DNA from: an uncultured Pseudomonadota bacterium
Lineage (GTDB): Bacteria; Oederibacteriota; Muellerivitia; Muellerivitales; Muellerivitaceae
Direction: 5' to 3'
Assembly (NCBI GenBank): GCA_963843375.1
Contig: CAWJKT010000008.1
Coordinates: forward strand, 192,001 to 256,000
DNA length: 64,000 nt
Shown here: piece by piece, positions 32,256-43,104 of the stretch
Layout: each line of letters begins with the position of its first letter
How positions within the stretch are numbered: position 1 is the stretch's first letter
Program-made: the position numbers and the translations under genes
The notes under the pieces: generated by a model
What the model was told of the DNA's origin: nothing
Database searches by the model: none
Seen by the model: only the letters and a program-made list of their open reading frames with translations

Positions 32256-33089
32256 TTATCGGCAAAAAGCCATGGCCGAATAACCGACCACCCGGGAATG
32301 GTCCCCAGTGACATCACCCGAATTTCGGTAACCTAATAACTTGATTTTATCCGCCCTCATCCCATGGGCGAATCTTAGCAAAGTGGACACCGGTTCCCTT
32401 CCGCAATGGGTACAGTGGTAGTCTGGATAACCACGGTCCATGATTCGGCCGTCGGTTTGATTGACTTTCTTCTCGTCTCCCGTCAATAAAGCCGACAACA
32501 ATTCATGATCGGCCTTCACCGCCGTCTCATAATCCGGGTAATGGGAAAGATCGGAAGAAGCAACGAAAATGAATTTCTTTTTTTTCGAAAGGGCCAAAAG
32601 GGCTCCCGTAAGGGGTTTGACTGCCTGTTCTACCCCTTGCCCCATGACCAGCAGCACTACCTTCGCTTTGGGCAAAAAGGTTTGGATCATGGGAAGATGC
32701 ACCTCCACCGAATGTTCACGGGCAAAAGCGGGTGGAATCTCAGCGATCTGGGGATCAAAATCCATTAAAAAACGGGTGTCTTCTTGGTCCACCGGCACCT
32801 CGCCCAATGGGGTGACCGCCGATTCCCCGGCAAAGACCGAAACCCCCCGGAAGGAAACGTAGTGACTTGGGCCTGCCACGATTACGGTCTCAACCGGTTC
32901 CTCCAAGGCCCGGTAACCCAAGGCGGCCACCCCCCCCGAATACATGTAACCCGCGTGGGGTAAAAGAAACGCCAAAGGCTCACCTTCTAGCCGGGAGGCC
33001 GTTTCTTTTTCGAAAGACTTCAAGGTGACTTGAAGTTCCTTCCGGTTTACAGGATAAAATTGGCCGGCCACCACCGGTTGAAGTTTCAT
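32256..33089 (-). CDS. amrB: MEMO1-family protein (AmmeMemoRadiSam protein B)
   Basis: AGQFYP, PHAGYMYSG, GPSH, EHSVEV, SSDLSHY, CG and NSGD...VVGY. Confidence 0.92.
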   Translation of the reverse strand: MKLQPVVAGQFYPVNRKELQVTLKSFEKETASRLEGEPLAFLLPHAGYMYSGGVAALGYRALEEPVETVIVAGPSHYVSFRGVSVFAGESAVTPLGEVPVDQEDTRFLMDFDPQIAEIPPAFAREHSVEVHLPMIQTFLPKAKVVLLVMGQGVEQAVKPLTGALLALSKKKKFIFVASSDLSHYPDYETAVKADHELLSALLTGDEKKVNQTDGRIMDRGYPDYHCTHCGREPVSTLLRFAHGMRADKIKLLGYRNSGDVTGDHSRVVGYSAMAFCR

Positions 33090-33137
33090 GAAGCTAATAT
33101 AAGTGGGAAAGCCAAGTCAAAGGAAGGAAAAGCAAGA

Positions 33138-33713
33138 TTAGGCGGTTTGAAGGAACTTGGAAATTTTATCACGGGTATAGGGCCACGCTCCATCCGGCAG
33201 CACCGGCATGGATCCAGCGGTAAACATGGAAGTTTCCAAGGGAACCCAGGATTTGCAGCCTTCATAGGAGGGCTTCACGGGAAGGTCTAACGGAACGGGC
33301 AGGGAATAAACCCGGACAATAAAAACATACAGTCCTTGCCAGTCCCCATAATTAAACCGTTTTTCGATTGCCTCATCGCTCATGACCGTGAAAGGGATTA
33401 GCCGCTTGCAGATTTCCCAATCGGTGACTTTTTCGACTTTTTCTGCAATGGCATAAAGCCGAAAATGGATGCGCTTGGGGTCCTTATTTTCCTTTTCAAT
33501 AGAGGCAAGACGGGGACGCCAATCGGATTTAATATCCGCGGGCGATTCATGCTCAAAGGTGGGATAAAGGAAAAACTCGGGATGCTCAGGTTTGAACTCC
33601 CCGCCCTCTTCCTGGATGCCTCCCTTGCGAAGGAGGATTGTCTGCTTTCCTTCCTCCAAAGCCTTTAAGACAACAGCCCACTCTTTAAATGCTATGTTAT
33701 TTTGAGTTTTCAT
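33138..33713 (-). CDS. DUF1802 family protein
   Basis: AFKEWA..AL..GKQTILLRKGGI, FFLYPTFEH, Y.GCKSWV. Confidence 0.88.
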   Translation of the reverse strand: MKTQNNIAFKEWAVVLKALEEGKQTILLRKGGIQEEGGEFKPEHPEFFLYPTFEHESPADIKSDWRPRLASIEKENKDPKRIHFRLYAIAEKVEKVTDWEICKRLIPFTVMSDEAIEKRFNYGDWQGLYVFIVRVYSLPVPLDLPVKPSYEGCKSWVPLETSMFTAGSMPVLPDGAWPYTRDKISKFLQTA

Positions 33714-33840
33714 AAGAATAAGATTATGTGGATTCCAGCTGAAACTTTCAAGCTCTAACCGAGTTCGAATCCTTTGTTTCCTTGGTTTTAAAGAAACAGA
33801 ACGAGAGGAAATTTTTTCAAGGTCCCGCTCAAGAACGATT

Positions 33841-34719
33841 CTATCCCGAAAAAGCCATGAGGATGACGCCTGCCACCACGATCAGGGTTCCTCCCAAAAC
33901 TTTAGGCCAGGCGGAAAATGAAAATTCCTTGAATACGAAAAGGGACCAAGCGGCGTAAACGAGCCCGCTGGAGTTCACAATGGGAACCGCACGCGAAAGA
34001 CCCAACCCGTCAATTGCCAACAGGAAACAGGCCATGCCGGCCGCCCACAAGAGGGTGGTCGCGCCCCCCATCGCGACATTTCGAAAACGCCAATCTTCTT
34101 TCTGGCAAAAGAAAAAAATGAACAAGGCGGGCAAAGTTCCCCCCAATGCCAGTCCACTTAAAGAATCAAGGGCCGAAAGAGTTGGTTGAGGGTCCCAAAC
34201 TTGGGCCGCTTTGATAGGGCTAAAATAAAGGCCCCAGAAGAAACCAGCCAATATCCCCATCAAAATTCCTTTTTGAAGGTTCCCTTCTTTTGCAGGAGCC
34301 GCCGAAATCCTCGCCACCCACCAAGCTCCCACAAAAAGCAATAAACCCCCGGCCAGAAGATACAAGTAAGCTCTAAACCCCGATGCTTCGTGGAACACCA
34401 ATAAACCAAACGCAATATTAATGAAGGAATTAAAATTAAAGAGGACCGAGGCTTTGGCGAGGCTCACTTCTTCCAGGGCTAAATTAGCGAGGGTTTGGCC
34501 GGTCACCCAAAGTAGTCCCGAAAAAATCGAAGCCCAAAACCACTTGGGGTGCAGCCAAAGGGCTTGCAGGGAAGAATATCGGAGGAGATCCATCACCGCC
34601 ATTCCCAGCCCCATGAAAGGCATGAACTTCAAACCCTTAGACGTGGCGAAACGAACCGGCACCATATAACTGCCGATGCAAAAAAACGCGGCCAAGGCAT
34701 AGAAATAACCCGTCGGCAT
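33841..34719 (-). CDS. DMT-superfamily (GRP/GlcU-like) transporter
   Basis: About ten TM helices with two-fold internal repeat; GSYMVP and GLSRAVPI motifs. Confidence 0.7.
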   Translation of the reverse strand: MPTGYFYALAAFFCIGSYMVPVRFATSKGLKFMPFMGLGMAVMDLLRYSSLQALWLHPKWFWASIFSGLLWVTGQTLANLALEEVSLAKASVLFNFNSFINIAFGLLVFHEASGFRAYLYLLAGGLLLFVGAWWVARISAAPAKEGNLQKGILMGILAGFFWGLYFSPIKAAQVWDPQPTLSALDSLSGLALGGTLPALFIFFFCQKEDWRFRNVAMGGATTLLWAAGMACFLLAIDGLGLSRAVPIVNSSGLVYAAWSLFVFKEFSFSAWPKVLGGTLIVVAGVILMAFSG

Positions 34720-34740
34720 CTTTTATCCTAAAATTGGATT

Positions 34741-36102
34741 TTACCGAGTCCCAACCAATAATTGGTTTGCCACTCGGCGCAATAAGAAAAAATTCAATAC
34801 CCTCAACCCCATCATGACCCAAAGCAGGGATTCGGGCGAAACATGGCCATACAGTAACCCCGCCACCGAAACGGTTACCAGCCCTATTTGAATAAAAGCA
34901 GAGGAGGCCGCCACCACTTTCGCCCTCTCCTTTTCCTCCATTACATTCATCCAAACCGCCGCGCTCACCGAGGCATAAAGGGACCCGCCGGCAGCCGACA
35001 GGCAATAAGAAAACAAGCAGACCAAAAAAACGTTACCGCTTCCCCGCCCCCAGATCAAAAGCACGGCAAAAGCCGACAAACCCAGGATTTGGTCCAAACC
35101 AAGTATTTTGATGACTTGGCTATGGGAAAGGTTGGGAATAATAAAAAATACCGTAAGAAAGGCGGCATATGCCGACCCGATTCCAAACACCGAAAGATTC
35201 GAATCTTTCATGCCCAAATAGTCAACGAAATAAAGGGAAAAATAGATGGTCCAAGCCGCCAGCATCCATTCATCGAGAAATTTTGAGAAAAAGAAAGTGA
35301 CCGAAGCGGGTTTTTTAAAAAAACTTCCAAGCGCCTTGCGGTATTGGCCCAAACCTTCCTCGAAAACATTCAGCCAGGACCCGGGGGACTTCTCAAAAAC
35401 TTTTGATGGGGGCAATTGTTTCCACCTCCATCCGATGCCGATGATGGTCAACAAGAAATACAGCAAGTACATTTCATGGTTGGCCTGACCCAATCCTTTT
35501 CCTTCCACCCAGAACCCGCCCAACAGGGGAAAGAACAACAAGTAGGGTGCCAAGTTCACCATTTGAAGCACGGTAAAAACTGAAGCCCTTTGCCCGGGCT
35601 TGACCCCCTCCACCAGCAAACATTGATAAGGCACCCCCGAACCCGCGTTGATCGCCATGAAAAAAATGGCGGCGATGCACCACCATTTATTAGTGGCAAG
35701 CGCCAGGCAAAGGCAATAACCGCCCCAACTGATGATGTCAAATAGGATCAGGCTTTTTTTACGGCTCCAAACATCCGAAAGATAACCTCCCAGGAAAAGG
35801 CACAAGGGACCCAGGGCCCGGGCCAGGGAGGGATAAACGGAAACTTCTGTTTTCGATAGTCCCAGGTCCACCATATAAAGGCTCAGGTAATACTGCACCA
35901 TGGCGCCGGGAATGACCCAAAGAACCCCGGCATAAATCGTGACGGCTTGGCGCGGGGGAAGTTTCGCGAACATCCCGCGAACCCGCCCCCCCTGCTGACC
36001 CAGGAGGACCAGCGGTTTTTTTAACAAATACTCATAGGACTCTTCACTAACGTCCTGCAAGGAAGAAAGAAAGGAATGAAACGGGTCTCCAGCGCTCATC
36101 AA
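34741..36102 (-). CDS. MFS transporter
   Basis: About 12 TM helices, motif A GGYLSDVWSRKKS. Confidence 0.85.
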   Translation of the reverse strand: MMSAGDPFHSFLSSLQDVSEESYEYLLKKPLVLLGQQGGRVRGMFAKLPPRQAVTIYAGVLWVIPGAMVQYYLSLYMVDLGLSKTEVSVYPSLARALGPLCLFLGGYLSDVWSRKKSLILFDIISWGGYCLCLALATNKWWCIAAIFFMAINAGSGVPYQCLLVEGVKPGQRASVFTVLQMVNLAPYLLFFPLLGGFWVEGKGLGQANHEMYLLYFLLTIIGIGWRWKQLPPSKVFEKSPGSWLNVFEEGLGQYRKALGSFFKKPASVTFFFSKFLDEWMLAAWTIYFSLYFVDYLGMKDSNLSVFGIGSAYAAFLTVFFIIPNLSHSQVIKILGLDQILGLSAFAVLLIWGRGSGNVFLVCLFSYCLSAAGGSLYASVSAAVWMNVMEEKERAKVVAASSAFIQIGLVTVSVAGLLYGHVSPESLLWVMMGLRVLNFFLLRRVANQLLVGTR

Positions 36103-36441
36103 TTAAACCTCAAAAGAAATTTGCACAAGTCGATTTCGTCCCTATCAAATTTAGTAAACTTCTGAAAAATGGATAGAGCACGGGATTCCTTGGCGACTGA
36201 AATGAGCGGTATTTTAACAGATCAAGGTTCTTAAGATTCCAAGTTTTGCCCAAAGCAACAAAAGCGCTTTTTATACCGTGACAAATTCGGTTTTGTGTTT
36301 AAACCGTTCAAGGAATAGTGATGGTTAATAAAAAACTTGAGCCGGTGGACCGTAAAATCCTTGATAAAGGATCATTATGTTTAAAAATCGAGCGTTCTTC
36401 CCTAGAATGATCATAGTTATGGATAATTTTTCGGATGAAAT

Positions 36442-38421
36442 ATGTTGAACACTTCCGGCTTTGTCCACTTTTTGAAGTCTCCTCGCTCCTTACCCCGAAA
36501 TCCATGGATTTACTTTCCACTGTTCCTTTTGGCGGATAGTTTTCTGTCTTATGGGAATGCCAGTCTTTCAACCAATCTTTGGATTTTCTTCATTGGCCTG
36601 GTGGTTCCCTTGACCTTGGCGCTCACTTCTAAACCTCGGCCCTCCCCAACCCCTATTCATCAAGTAGAGGTTTTAGACTCCATCCCTCATTGGGCTTGGT
36701 GGACGATACTCGGCGTATCGTTATTGGCAAGAATAGGGCAACTGACCTTATGGGCACCATGGCTTGGCAGTGATGAATCCATAGATGCTTTTTATTCCAT
36801 GGAACTTTCTCAAAAATGGTTTTGGCACTTTTTTTGGGGAACCGCTCAAAATCCTTCCGCTTTCAACTGGGGTTTGGCGGTTTTTTACAAAATTATTTCC
36901 CCGAGCCTTTTTTCAACCAATTTCTACACGGTACTTATCTCGGGTTTTACTGTTGGAATCACGTATTGGTCGGCCCGTTCCTTCTTTTCGAAGTCTTTTT
37001 CATTTTTTTGCCTGATGGTATCCGCGACCGGATTCTGGGTCTTATTCTCAGGCGGGCATTGTTTCATCCACGTTCTCGCCTTGTTTTGGCAAATTACGCT
37101 TTTGGGATTTTTGGGCCGGTTAGTCCAGTCCGGTTCCAAAGCAGAATCGCAAAAAAACGCCATGATTTTGGGGTTGATGGCGGGAAGCGGCTTTTTTATT
37201 TCCATCGCCTGGCCGGTTGTCGCCCTGGTTCCGCTAATAGTTATGACCAGCCTTTGGATCCAAAAAAAAGCTAAGGAAACGCTACTCCCTTTTATGGCTC
37301 CCTTTACAGTCTTGGTACTTTTATTCTTAGCGGCAGCGGTTCACGAACATTACGGACAACACTTCAGAAGTCTTTGGGTTTTGCGGCTCCAAGGGGATCA
37401 AATTTATTTTGGACCTGATTTCATCCCGAATTTCACTGCCCTTTTTTGGGGTGGTTTCATTCGAGGTTATGGACCTTCGTGGGGAGGTATGCTGAATCCT
37501 CTTTTATCTTCCTTGTTTTTTATGGGTCTTATTGAGTTTAAAGATCTGCGCTCTTCTGCTTTTTTGAAATTGATTTTGGCGGGTTTTCTCTTGGGGTTTG
37601 CTCCCGGTCCCCTTTCAAAAGGTTTTGATATTTTCCGTTCTATCCATTCCTTTCCCTTCCAGACCATCATCGCAGGCTTGGGTTTCCAACGTTTATTGGA
37701 GTCCTTCCCCCGGAAAAGTTCTCTCGTTCTCGTTTTTTTGATCTTTTTCTTTTCAACCTCCTTGGATCTTTTCCACTACCGTTTATCGACCTCCAGAATT
37801 GATACCACAGGGGCAAACCTGTCCAAAGCTTACGAAATACTGCAAAAAAATTACGCTCCATTGGGCCCCGGTTTCGTGCTGTCGGATTTGACGCCGAGGA
37901 TATGGAACCATTCACTAGACATCGCGACTTATTCTTTTAATTCCGTTGTTAATCCCAAAGTCTTCCCTTCTCAGGCCCGCTGGATAGCCTTAGTGGAAAA
38001 CGAGGAGTACATACCTTTTCTCGACCGTCGGTTTGCCCATATTCGCTGGTATGCCCTTGGGCAAGACGTTCTTTGGAAAAAAGGTCTTCTGGCGCTGGGC
38101 ATTATTCCTGTTCAGGCGGGAAACGAAAACATCCTTGCCTCCTGGTGGAGGGCCGACCTTTATCTCAAGGCGTTAAATTTGGAATTCCTCAAGGCGGAAC
38201 CTTTCGAAACGTCCCAATCCTTTGTTGAGAGATTAGAGCAAATGCCCTTGGGTGAAAAACCCGATCCCTTTTTGGAGTCTTGCCGTGATGAAAAAATTTT
38301 ACTTTCAATTTCTTTCGACAATCCTTCGCAAGCCATTCTCGTGGCTCATCAAGGCCTCACAAAAGGTTACCCCCTTTCTTTATTTCAAAGGTTCCAAAAC
38401 AATTCCCAAGGCTACCGTTAA
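36442..38421 (+). CDS. GT-C fold (ArnT/GT39-like) membrane glycosyltransferase
   Basis: DE motif after a TM helix (GSDES), many TM helices, soluble C-terminal domain. Confidence 0.6.
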   Translation: MLNTSGFVHFLKSPRSLPRNPWIYFPLFLLADSFLSYGNASLSTNLWIFFIGLVVPLTLALTSKPRPSPTPIHQVEVLDSIPHWAWWTILGVSLLARIGQLTLWAPWLGSDESIDAFYSMELSQKWFWHFFWGTAQNPSAFNWGLAVFYKIISPSLFSTNFYTVLISGFTVGITYWSARSFFSKSFSFFCLMVSATGFWVLFSGGHCFIHVLALFWQITLLGFLGRLVQSGSKAESQKNAMILGLMAGSGFFISIAWPVVALVPLIVMTSLWIQKKAKETLLPFMAPFTVLVLLFLAAAVHEHYGQHFRSLWVLRLQGDQIYFGPDFIPNFTALFWGGFIRGYGPSWGGMLNPLLSSLFFMGLIEFKDLRSSAFLKLILAGFLLGFAPGPLSKGFDIFRSIHSFPFQTIIAGLGFQRLLESFPRKSSLVLVFLIFFFSTSLDLFHYRLSTSRIDTTGANLSKAYEILQKNYAPLGPGFVLSDLTPRIWNHSLDIATYSFNSVVNPKVFPSQARWIALVENEEYIPFLDRRFAHIRWYALGQDVLWKKGLLALGIIPVQAGNENILASWWRADLYLKALNLEFLKAEPFETSQSFVERLEQMPLGEKPDPFLESCRDEKILLSISFDNPSQAILVAHQGLTKGYPLSLFQRFQNNSQGYR

Positions 38422-38477
38422 AAATCGGGATATAAATTTTGATTAAGTGGCGTGTTCGGAACAAATCGGATAAGGTT

Positions 38478-38918
38478 TTAAGGATTTAATTCCTTAATCA
38501 TGACCACGGCGTCTTCCTGATTGTCGCTGTAGTATTTTTTGCGGATGGCCACAATTTTGAAACCGCATTTATCGTAAAGCCGCTGAGCGGCTTCGTTGGT
38601 TTGGCGAACTTCCAAGGTAGCCAGTTTGGCACCCCGCTTGCGAGCATATTCCATGCAATGGTTCATCATTTCCAGGCCCAAACCTTTATTTCTATAAGAA
38701 GGCCCAATCGCGAGGTTGATAATATGGGCTTCCTCGGGGGCCTCCCAATAGCCCATATAGCCCGCCACTTTCCCTTCGACTTCCAATACGAAATAATGCG
38801 CTAGGTTCCTATTCAGTTCCTCGTCGAAAAGCTCCTTAGACCAGGGGGAGGGCATGGAAGCTTTTTCGATTTCCACCACCTTTTCGAGGTCGGCTTCCAA
38901 CATTGGACGAAATATCAT
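38478..38918 (-). CDS. rimI: Ribosomal protein S18-alanine N-acetyltransferase
   Basis: PSPWS, HIINLAI, ATLEVR..N..AQRLY, RKKYY..EDA; ATGA overlap with tsaB. Confidence 0.93.
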   Translation of the reverse strand: MIFRPMLEADLEKVVEIEKASMPSPWSKELFDEELNRNLAHYFVLEVEGKVAGYMGYWEAPEEAHIINLAIGPSYRNKGLGLEMMNHCMEYARKRGAKLATLEVRQTNEAAQRLYDKCGFKIVAIRKKYYSDNQEDAVVMIKELNP

Positions 38919-39604
38919 GTCTTGTTTTCGTCCACGGAAGGCACCCGCAAATATAGTGGCTTTAAGTCCTGGAGAGACGGCCGGGAACCGGCTTTCCATT
39001 GCCGGTAGGCTATGCGGGCAATGCTCATGGCGCTTGGATGGTGAAGCGAGTTGAAAACGAACATACCCATTGCACCCAGGTCCTCGTGGATTTCTTTTTC
39101 ATATTTCAAGGCGCCCGGCCCCACGATCCAGGTCTTGCCTTTAATCAGGGAAGATAATTTGTCCGCGGCCCTGATTTGGGCCGGAGCCAGTTCTATGAGA
39201 TTTTCGGGATTAATTTGATAATGCCCGACGAAACACTCGCCCCTTTGGGCGTCCACCAGGCATAAGGCTTCCCCCCACAATTCCGCTTTTCGGAGGTTTT
39301 CAGCCAAGCCCTCCAAAGTGGAAACTCCAAAAGCTAAAAGATTCGTAGGCATGCAAAGTCCCTCAGCGGTGGCGATGCCCACTCTTATTCCCGTAAAACT
39401 TCCCGGGCCCAGGGAAACCGCAACCGCCGCCAATTCTTCCGGCAATATCTCTTTTTTCTTCAGCAGGGTTTCCAACCCGGGAATCAAAGTCACCGAACTT
39501 TCCCAATCATCGGGAAGTACGGCTTCGGACAATTCCTCGCCCGTGACGAGGTCCAATAACGCCACGCTGGAAATCCTGGTGGAAACTTCTATAGCGGCCA
39601 GCAC
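38915..39604 (-). CDS. tsaB: t6A biosynthesis protein TsaB
   Basis: AVSLGPGSFTGIRVG, DAQRGE, PLYLR. Confidence 0.93.
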   Translation of the reverse strand: MLAAIEVSTRISSVALLDLVTGEELSEAVLPDDWESSVTLIPGLETLLKKKEILPEELAAVAVSLGPGSFTGIRVGIATAEGLCMPTNLLAFGVSTLEGLAENLRKAELWGEALCLVDAQRGECFVGHYQINPENLIELAPAQIRAADKLSSLIKGKTWIVGPGALKYEKEIHEDLGAMGMFVFNSLHHPSAMSIARIAYRQWKAGSRPSLQDLKPLYLRVPSVDENKT

Positions 39605-40063
39605 TTGATGAGCTCCTGAACGCGGGTTATGCTGTCCGGGTGTTTGGCTTCGACAATGACCCGACGGCTGTTTTCAGAAAGAATCTCAATTTCCAACTTA
39701 ATCACGGTCGGCGGGAACAATTTGGGGAATTTATTCCCCCATTCCACGACCACCACGCCCCCCCGTCCGGTCCATTCTTCCCAACCCAGATCTTCCACTT
39801 CCCGGCGCTCCATCAGCCGGTACCAGTCGAAATGGTAAAGGTTCAATCGTCCCTCGTAAATATGCTGCAAGAGTAAAGGTCGGGGAGGTCACGGGCCCCT
39901 CAAAACCCAAACCCTTCGCCAGCCCTTGAACGAACAGGGTTTTCCCCGCTCCCAAGTTACCCGAAAGGGCCCAGATTTCCCCGGGCCTGGCCTGGTGTCC
40001 GATCAACTGGCCTAACTGGTAGGTCTGTTCCGGCGACTCGCAGAGAAAACTGGTGGTTACCAT
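39589..40063 (-). CDS. tsaE: t6A biosynthesis ATPase TsaE, frameshift near 39870
   Basis: GNLGAGKT and VTSPTFTL in one frame, HFDWYRL and VVEWG in another. Confidence 0.92.
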
Positions 40064-40620
40064 GAAGAATGGTAATCCATTTGGCGTTTAATGATTTCCT
40101 TCGCTTCCAAACTGATGAATTTGCCGCAAAGATACAATCCCAGGTCGATTCCCGCTGTCACGCCCCCGCAGGTGATGACCTCCTCCTCATCCACGATTCG
40201 CTGGTCCAATACTTGGGAACAATAAGGAAGCAGTTCTTCCCTGGTTGCGGCATGGGTGGCGGCTTTTTTGCTCTTCAGAAAACCAGCCGCCCCCAAGAGC
40301 AAGGCACCGGAACAAACCGAAACCTTCAAGGGACTGGGTCTAGCGGTTTTGATCCATTGGATGAAGGAGGTATCTTGGGTCAATTTTCGGGCCACCGGCC
40401 CACCCGGGACGACTACCAGGTCGTAAGCAGCCAGGGGGACCCCCACGACCGTAGGGGTCAATTGAAGACCGTTGGCGTCACTAATTTTGGGTTCAACCGC
40501 GCAAATTTCCCATTTCAAGGTTTCCAGAAATCCCATGCTCTTAAGCCGGGTAAGGGGATCGTAAATTCCCACAAAATCAAGCGTTGTCATGCCGTTGTAA
40601 ATAACGAACCCGATCTTCAT
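40057..40620 (-). CDS. DJ-1/PfpI family protein
   Basis: LDFVG, VPGG, SVCSGALLLG, ATH, GGVTAGIDL. Confidence 0.9.
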   Translation of the reverse strand: MKIGFVIYNGMTTLDFVGIYDPLTRLKSMGFLETLKWEICAVEPKISDANGLQLTPTVVGVPLAAYDLVVVPGGPVARKLTQDTSFIQWIKTARPSPLKVSVCSGALLLGAAGFLKSKKAATHAATREELLPYCSQVLDQRIVDEEEVITCGGVTAGIDLGLYLCGKFISLEAKEIIKRQMDYHSSW

Positions 40621-41661
40621 GTCTTGTTTTTTTCGCTAAAGTGATCGAACCCCTTGGATTCCAGAGGTGCCCGCTGTCCTTTACGGTTGATCAGGGTGAT
40701 TCCCTTGGATTTGGGGACCATTCGTCCGATTGATTTCAACGAGACTCCGGTTTCGGCTGGCAGCTTATGAAGGACATCCGAAATTTTAGCCAAGGGTACG
40801 GTGAATAACAGCTCGTAATCTTCACCTCCGTTCAAGGCGAAGGCGAGGGGGTCCAGTTGGTTTTCGTCGCAAAAGTGAATCAGGGAACTGGAATAAGGAA
40901 TGGCCTCCTCGTGAATTTCGGCACCTACCCCCGATTCCTCACACAAGTGATGAATCTCGCTGGAGAGCCCGTCCGAGATATCGATAGCCGAGGTAGCCCA
41001 TTTTTTGGTTGAAAGGGCTCGCCCCACCGAAAATCTCGGGGTTGGGGTAAGATGCCTTTTCACCAAAAGCGGAGCGGTTTCCTTGCCTTTATTGGAGGGA
41101 TGTTGAAGGGAATATAGGCCCGGCGGATGAATCCCCCAGGTTACCTGTGACAAACAAAGCGTCCCCGACCTGGGCGCCGCTTCGTTTGAGGGCTTTTCCC
41201 TTTTCCACTTCGCCCACTAGAGCCACATTCACCACGAACTTGTCGCTGCCCACCGTGTCGCCGCCCACGATTTGAGCGCCATAGGATTCGGCCCAACCTT
41301 TCATTCCGTCATAAAAAGCTTCCAGGTCATTGACGGGAAAGGAGGAAGGGACGCCCAGGGACACCACGGCGACCGTCGGCTTGGCGCCCATGGCGGCGCA
41401 ATCGCTCACGTTGACCGCCATGGTCTTGGCGCCTAATTGCCAGGGCGTGATCCATTTGAAGTTGAAATGCCGGTCTTCCACCAGCATGTCGGTGGTGAAA
41501 ATAAGCTCGTGGCCCAGCGTGGGTTTGAAGATAGCCGCATCATCTCCGATTCCCAAAACCACCGAGGGGTTTTTGGTCTTCATGGCCGATCGGATCTTTT
41601 CGATGAACCCGAATTCCCCGACTTTTCCCATGGAGGATTTGTTATTGTTTTCGTTTTTCAA
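40617..41661 (-). CDS. thiL: Thiamine-monophosphate kinase, frameshift near 41125
   Basis: GIGDDAA, NVSDCAAMG, GGDT, DISDGL, GGEDYEL. Confidence 0.95.
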
Positions 41662-41777
41662 AATTTCCTCCGGAATTTTAATCCGTCATGGATGCCAGGA
41701 AAACGGGCCGTCTTTTAAGCATGTAAAATTCCATGCAGAGGGAGGCCTGTTTTCATGGCATCCATAACTTCAAGAAA

Positions 41778-42977
41778 CTACGTTGTATATCGTCCATTGA
41801 TATCAATATATCCGTCCGTCAGGTCACAGGTATAGACCGTGGTTTTACCCTTCCCCAGCCTTAAGTCCACCAAAATATCCACATCCTTTTTGGACAATAT
41901 CTTTTTCAATTTCTCCCGGGACCAGGAAACCTTTTTGCCGCCGTTGTAAAGCAGGTAACCCCCGATCACTACCGAAACCTTGAACTCATCTACTCCCGCG
42001 CCGGAGTAACCCACCGCCGCCAGGACCCTTCCCCAGTTGGGGTCGGCCCCGAAAATAGCGGTCTTGACCAGGGGGGATTTCGCCACAGACATGGCGGCTA
42101 AATAAGCATCCTTGTCGGATTTACCTCCCCGCACGGTCACCGACACCAGCTTAGTGGCCCCTTCCCCGTCCCGCACAACCGCCTTGGCCAGATCCAAACA
42201 AACGTCCTTAAGAGCTTGAACAAACAGCCGGTAGCCCGGTCCTTTAGAGGTGATGGCTTTATTTTCACAAGCGCCATTGGCCATCAGGACCACTGAATCG
42301 TTGGTGGAAACGTCACCATCCACCGTAATCCGATGAAAGCTGGTTTCAACAGCTTCCTTGAGAGCCTCGTTTAAGAGAGGCCGGCTGATGGCCAGATCGG
42401 TCAAAAGGTAAACCAGCATGGTGGCCATGTTCGGATGGATCATGCCTGACCCCTTTGCGAAACCCGTCAGCCAGGCATATCTTTCCTCAATCCAAATGGC
42501 TCTAGCGCTTACCTTGGGAAAAGTGTCGGTCGTCAGGATGGCATGGGCGGCGTCCATGCCTCCCATCCGGGAAAGCCTCAGGACCGACTGCCGGGCCCCT
42601 GCGAGGATCTTGGGCATGTCCATGGGAATTCCGATGACTCCTGTGGAATGGGCCAGTACGGAATTTTTCGGGACATTCAAAAGTTTGGAGACGGCATCCA
42701 CAGTGCGAAAAACATCTTTTTCTCCCTGTTTGCCGGTCAGGGCATTAGCGTTTTTCGTGTTCACCACGATGGCCTGGATTTTCTCTCTCGTCTTCAGAGC
42801 ATTTTCCGTGTGTTTGGATGGCGCAGCCTTGACTTGGTTGGTCGTGACCATACCCACGGTGGCGGCTGGAAGCCGGGAATAAAAGAGGGCCATATCCAGC
42901 TTGTGGTTGTTCTTAAGCCCCGCGTGCACGCCGGAGGCGAGAAAACCAAGCGGCAAGGGAAGAAAAGGTTCTTTCAT
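41778..42977 (-). CDS. argJ: Ornithine acetyltransferase / N-acetylglutamate synthase
   Basis: KGSGMIHPNMATML autocleavage motif, STND, DGEGATK, DPNWGR. Confidence 0.96.
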   Translation of the reverse strand: MKEPFLPLPLGFLASGVHAGLKNNHKLDMALFYSRLPAATVGMVTTNQVKAAPSKHTENALKTREKIQAIVVNTKNANALTGKQGEKDVFRTVDAVSKLLNVPKNSVLAHSTGVIGIPMDMPKILAGARQSVLRLSRMGGMDAAHAILTTDTFPKVSARAIWIEERYAWLTGFAKGSGMIHPNMATMLVYLLTDLAISRPLLNEALKEAVETSFHRITVDGDVSTNDSVVLMANGACENKAITSKGPGYRLFVQALKDVCLDLAKAVVRDGEGATKLVSVTVRGGKSDKDAYLAAMSVAKSPLVKTAIFGADPNWGRVLAAVGYSGAGVDEFKVSVVIGGYLLYNGGKKVSWSREKLKKILSKKDVDILVDLRLGKGKTTVYTCDLTDGYIDINGRYTT

Positions 42978-43043
42978 TTTTTAATCCTTGAAAAGAGTTG
43001 AGGCATTTTAACAGGCCGCACCAAAACTACAACGGCCCGGCCT

Positions 43044-43072
43044 TTGACAAAGCGGTGAACGGCTTTTAACAT
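43044..43072 (+). promoter_or_regulatory. Sigma70-type promoter for the HAD gene
   Basis: TTGACA (43044-43049), 17-nt spacer, TAACAT (43067-43072). Confidence 0.5.
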
Positions 43073-43104
43073 GTGCCCTTCTTAATTACAGAACAAGGAT
43101 TCCC

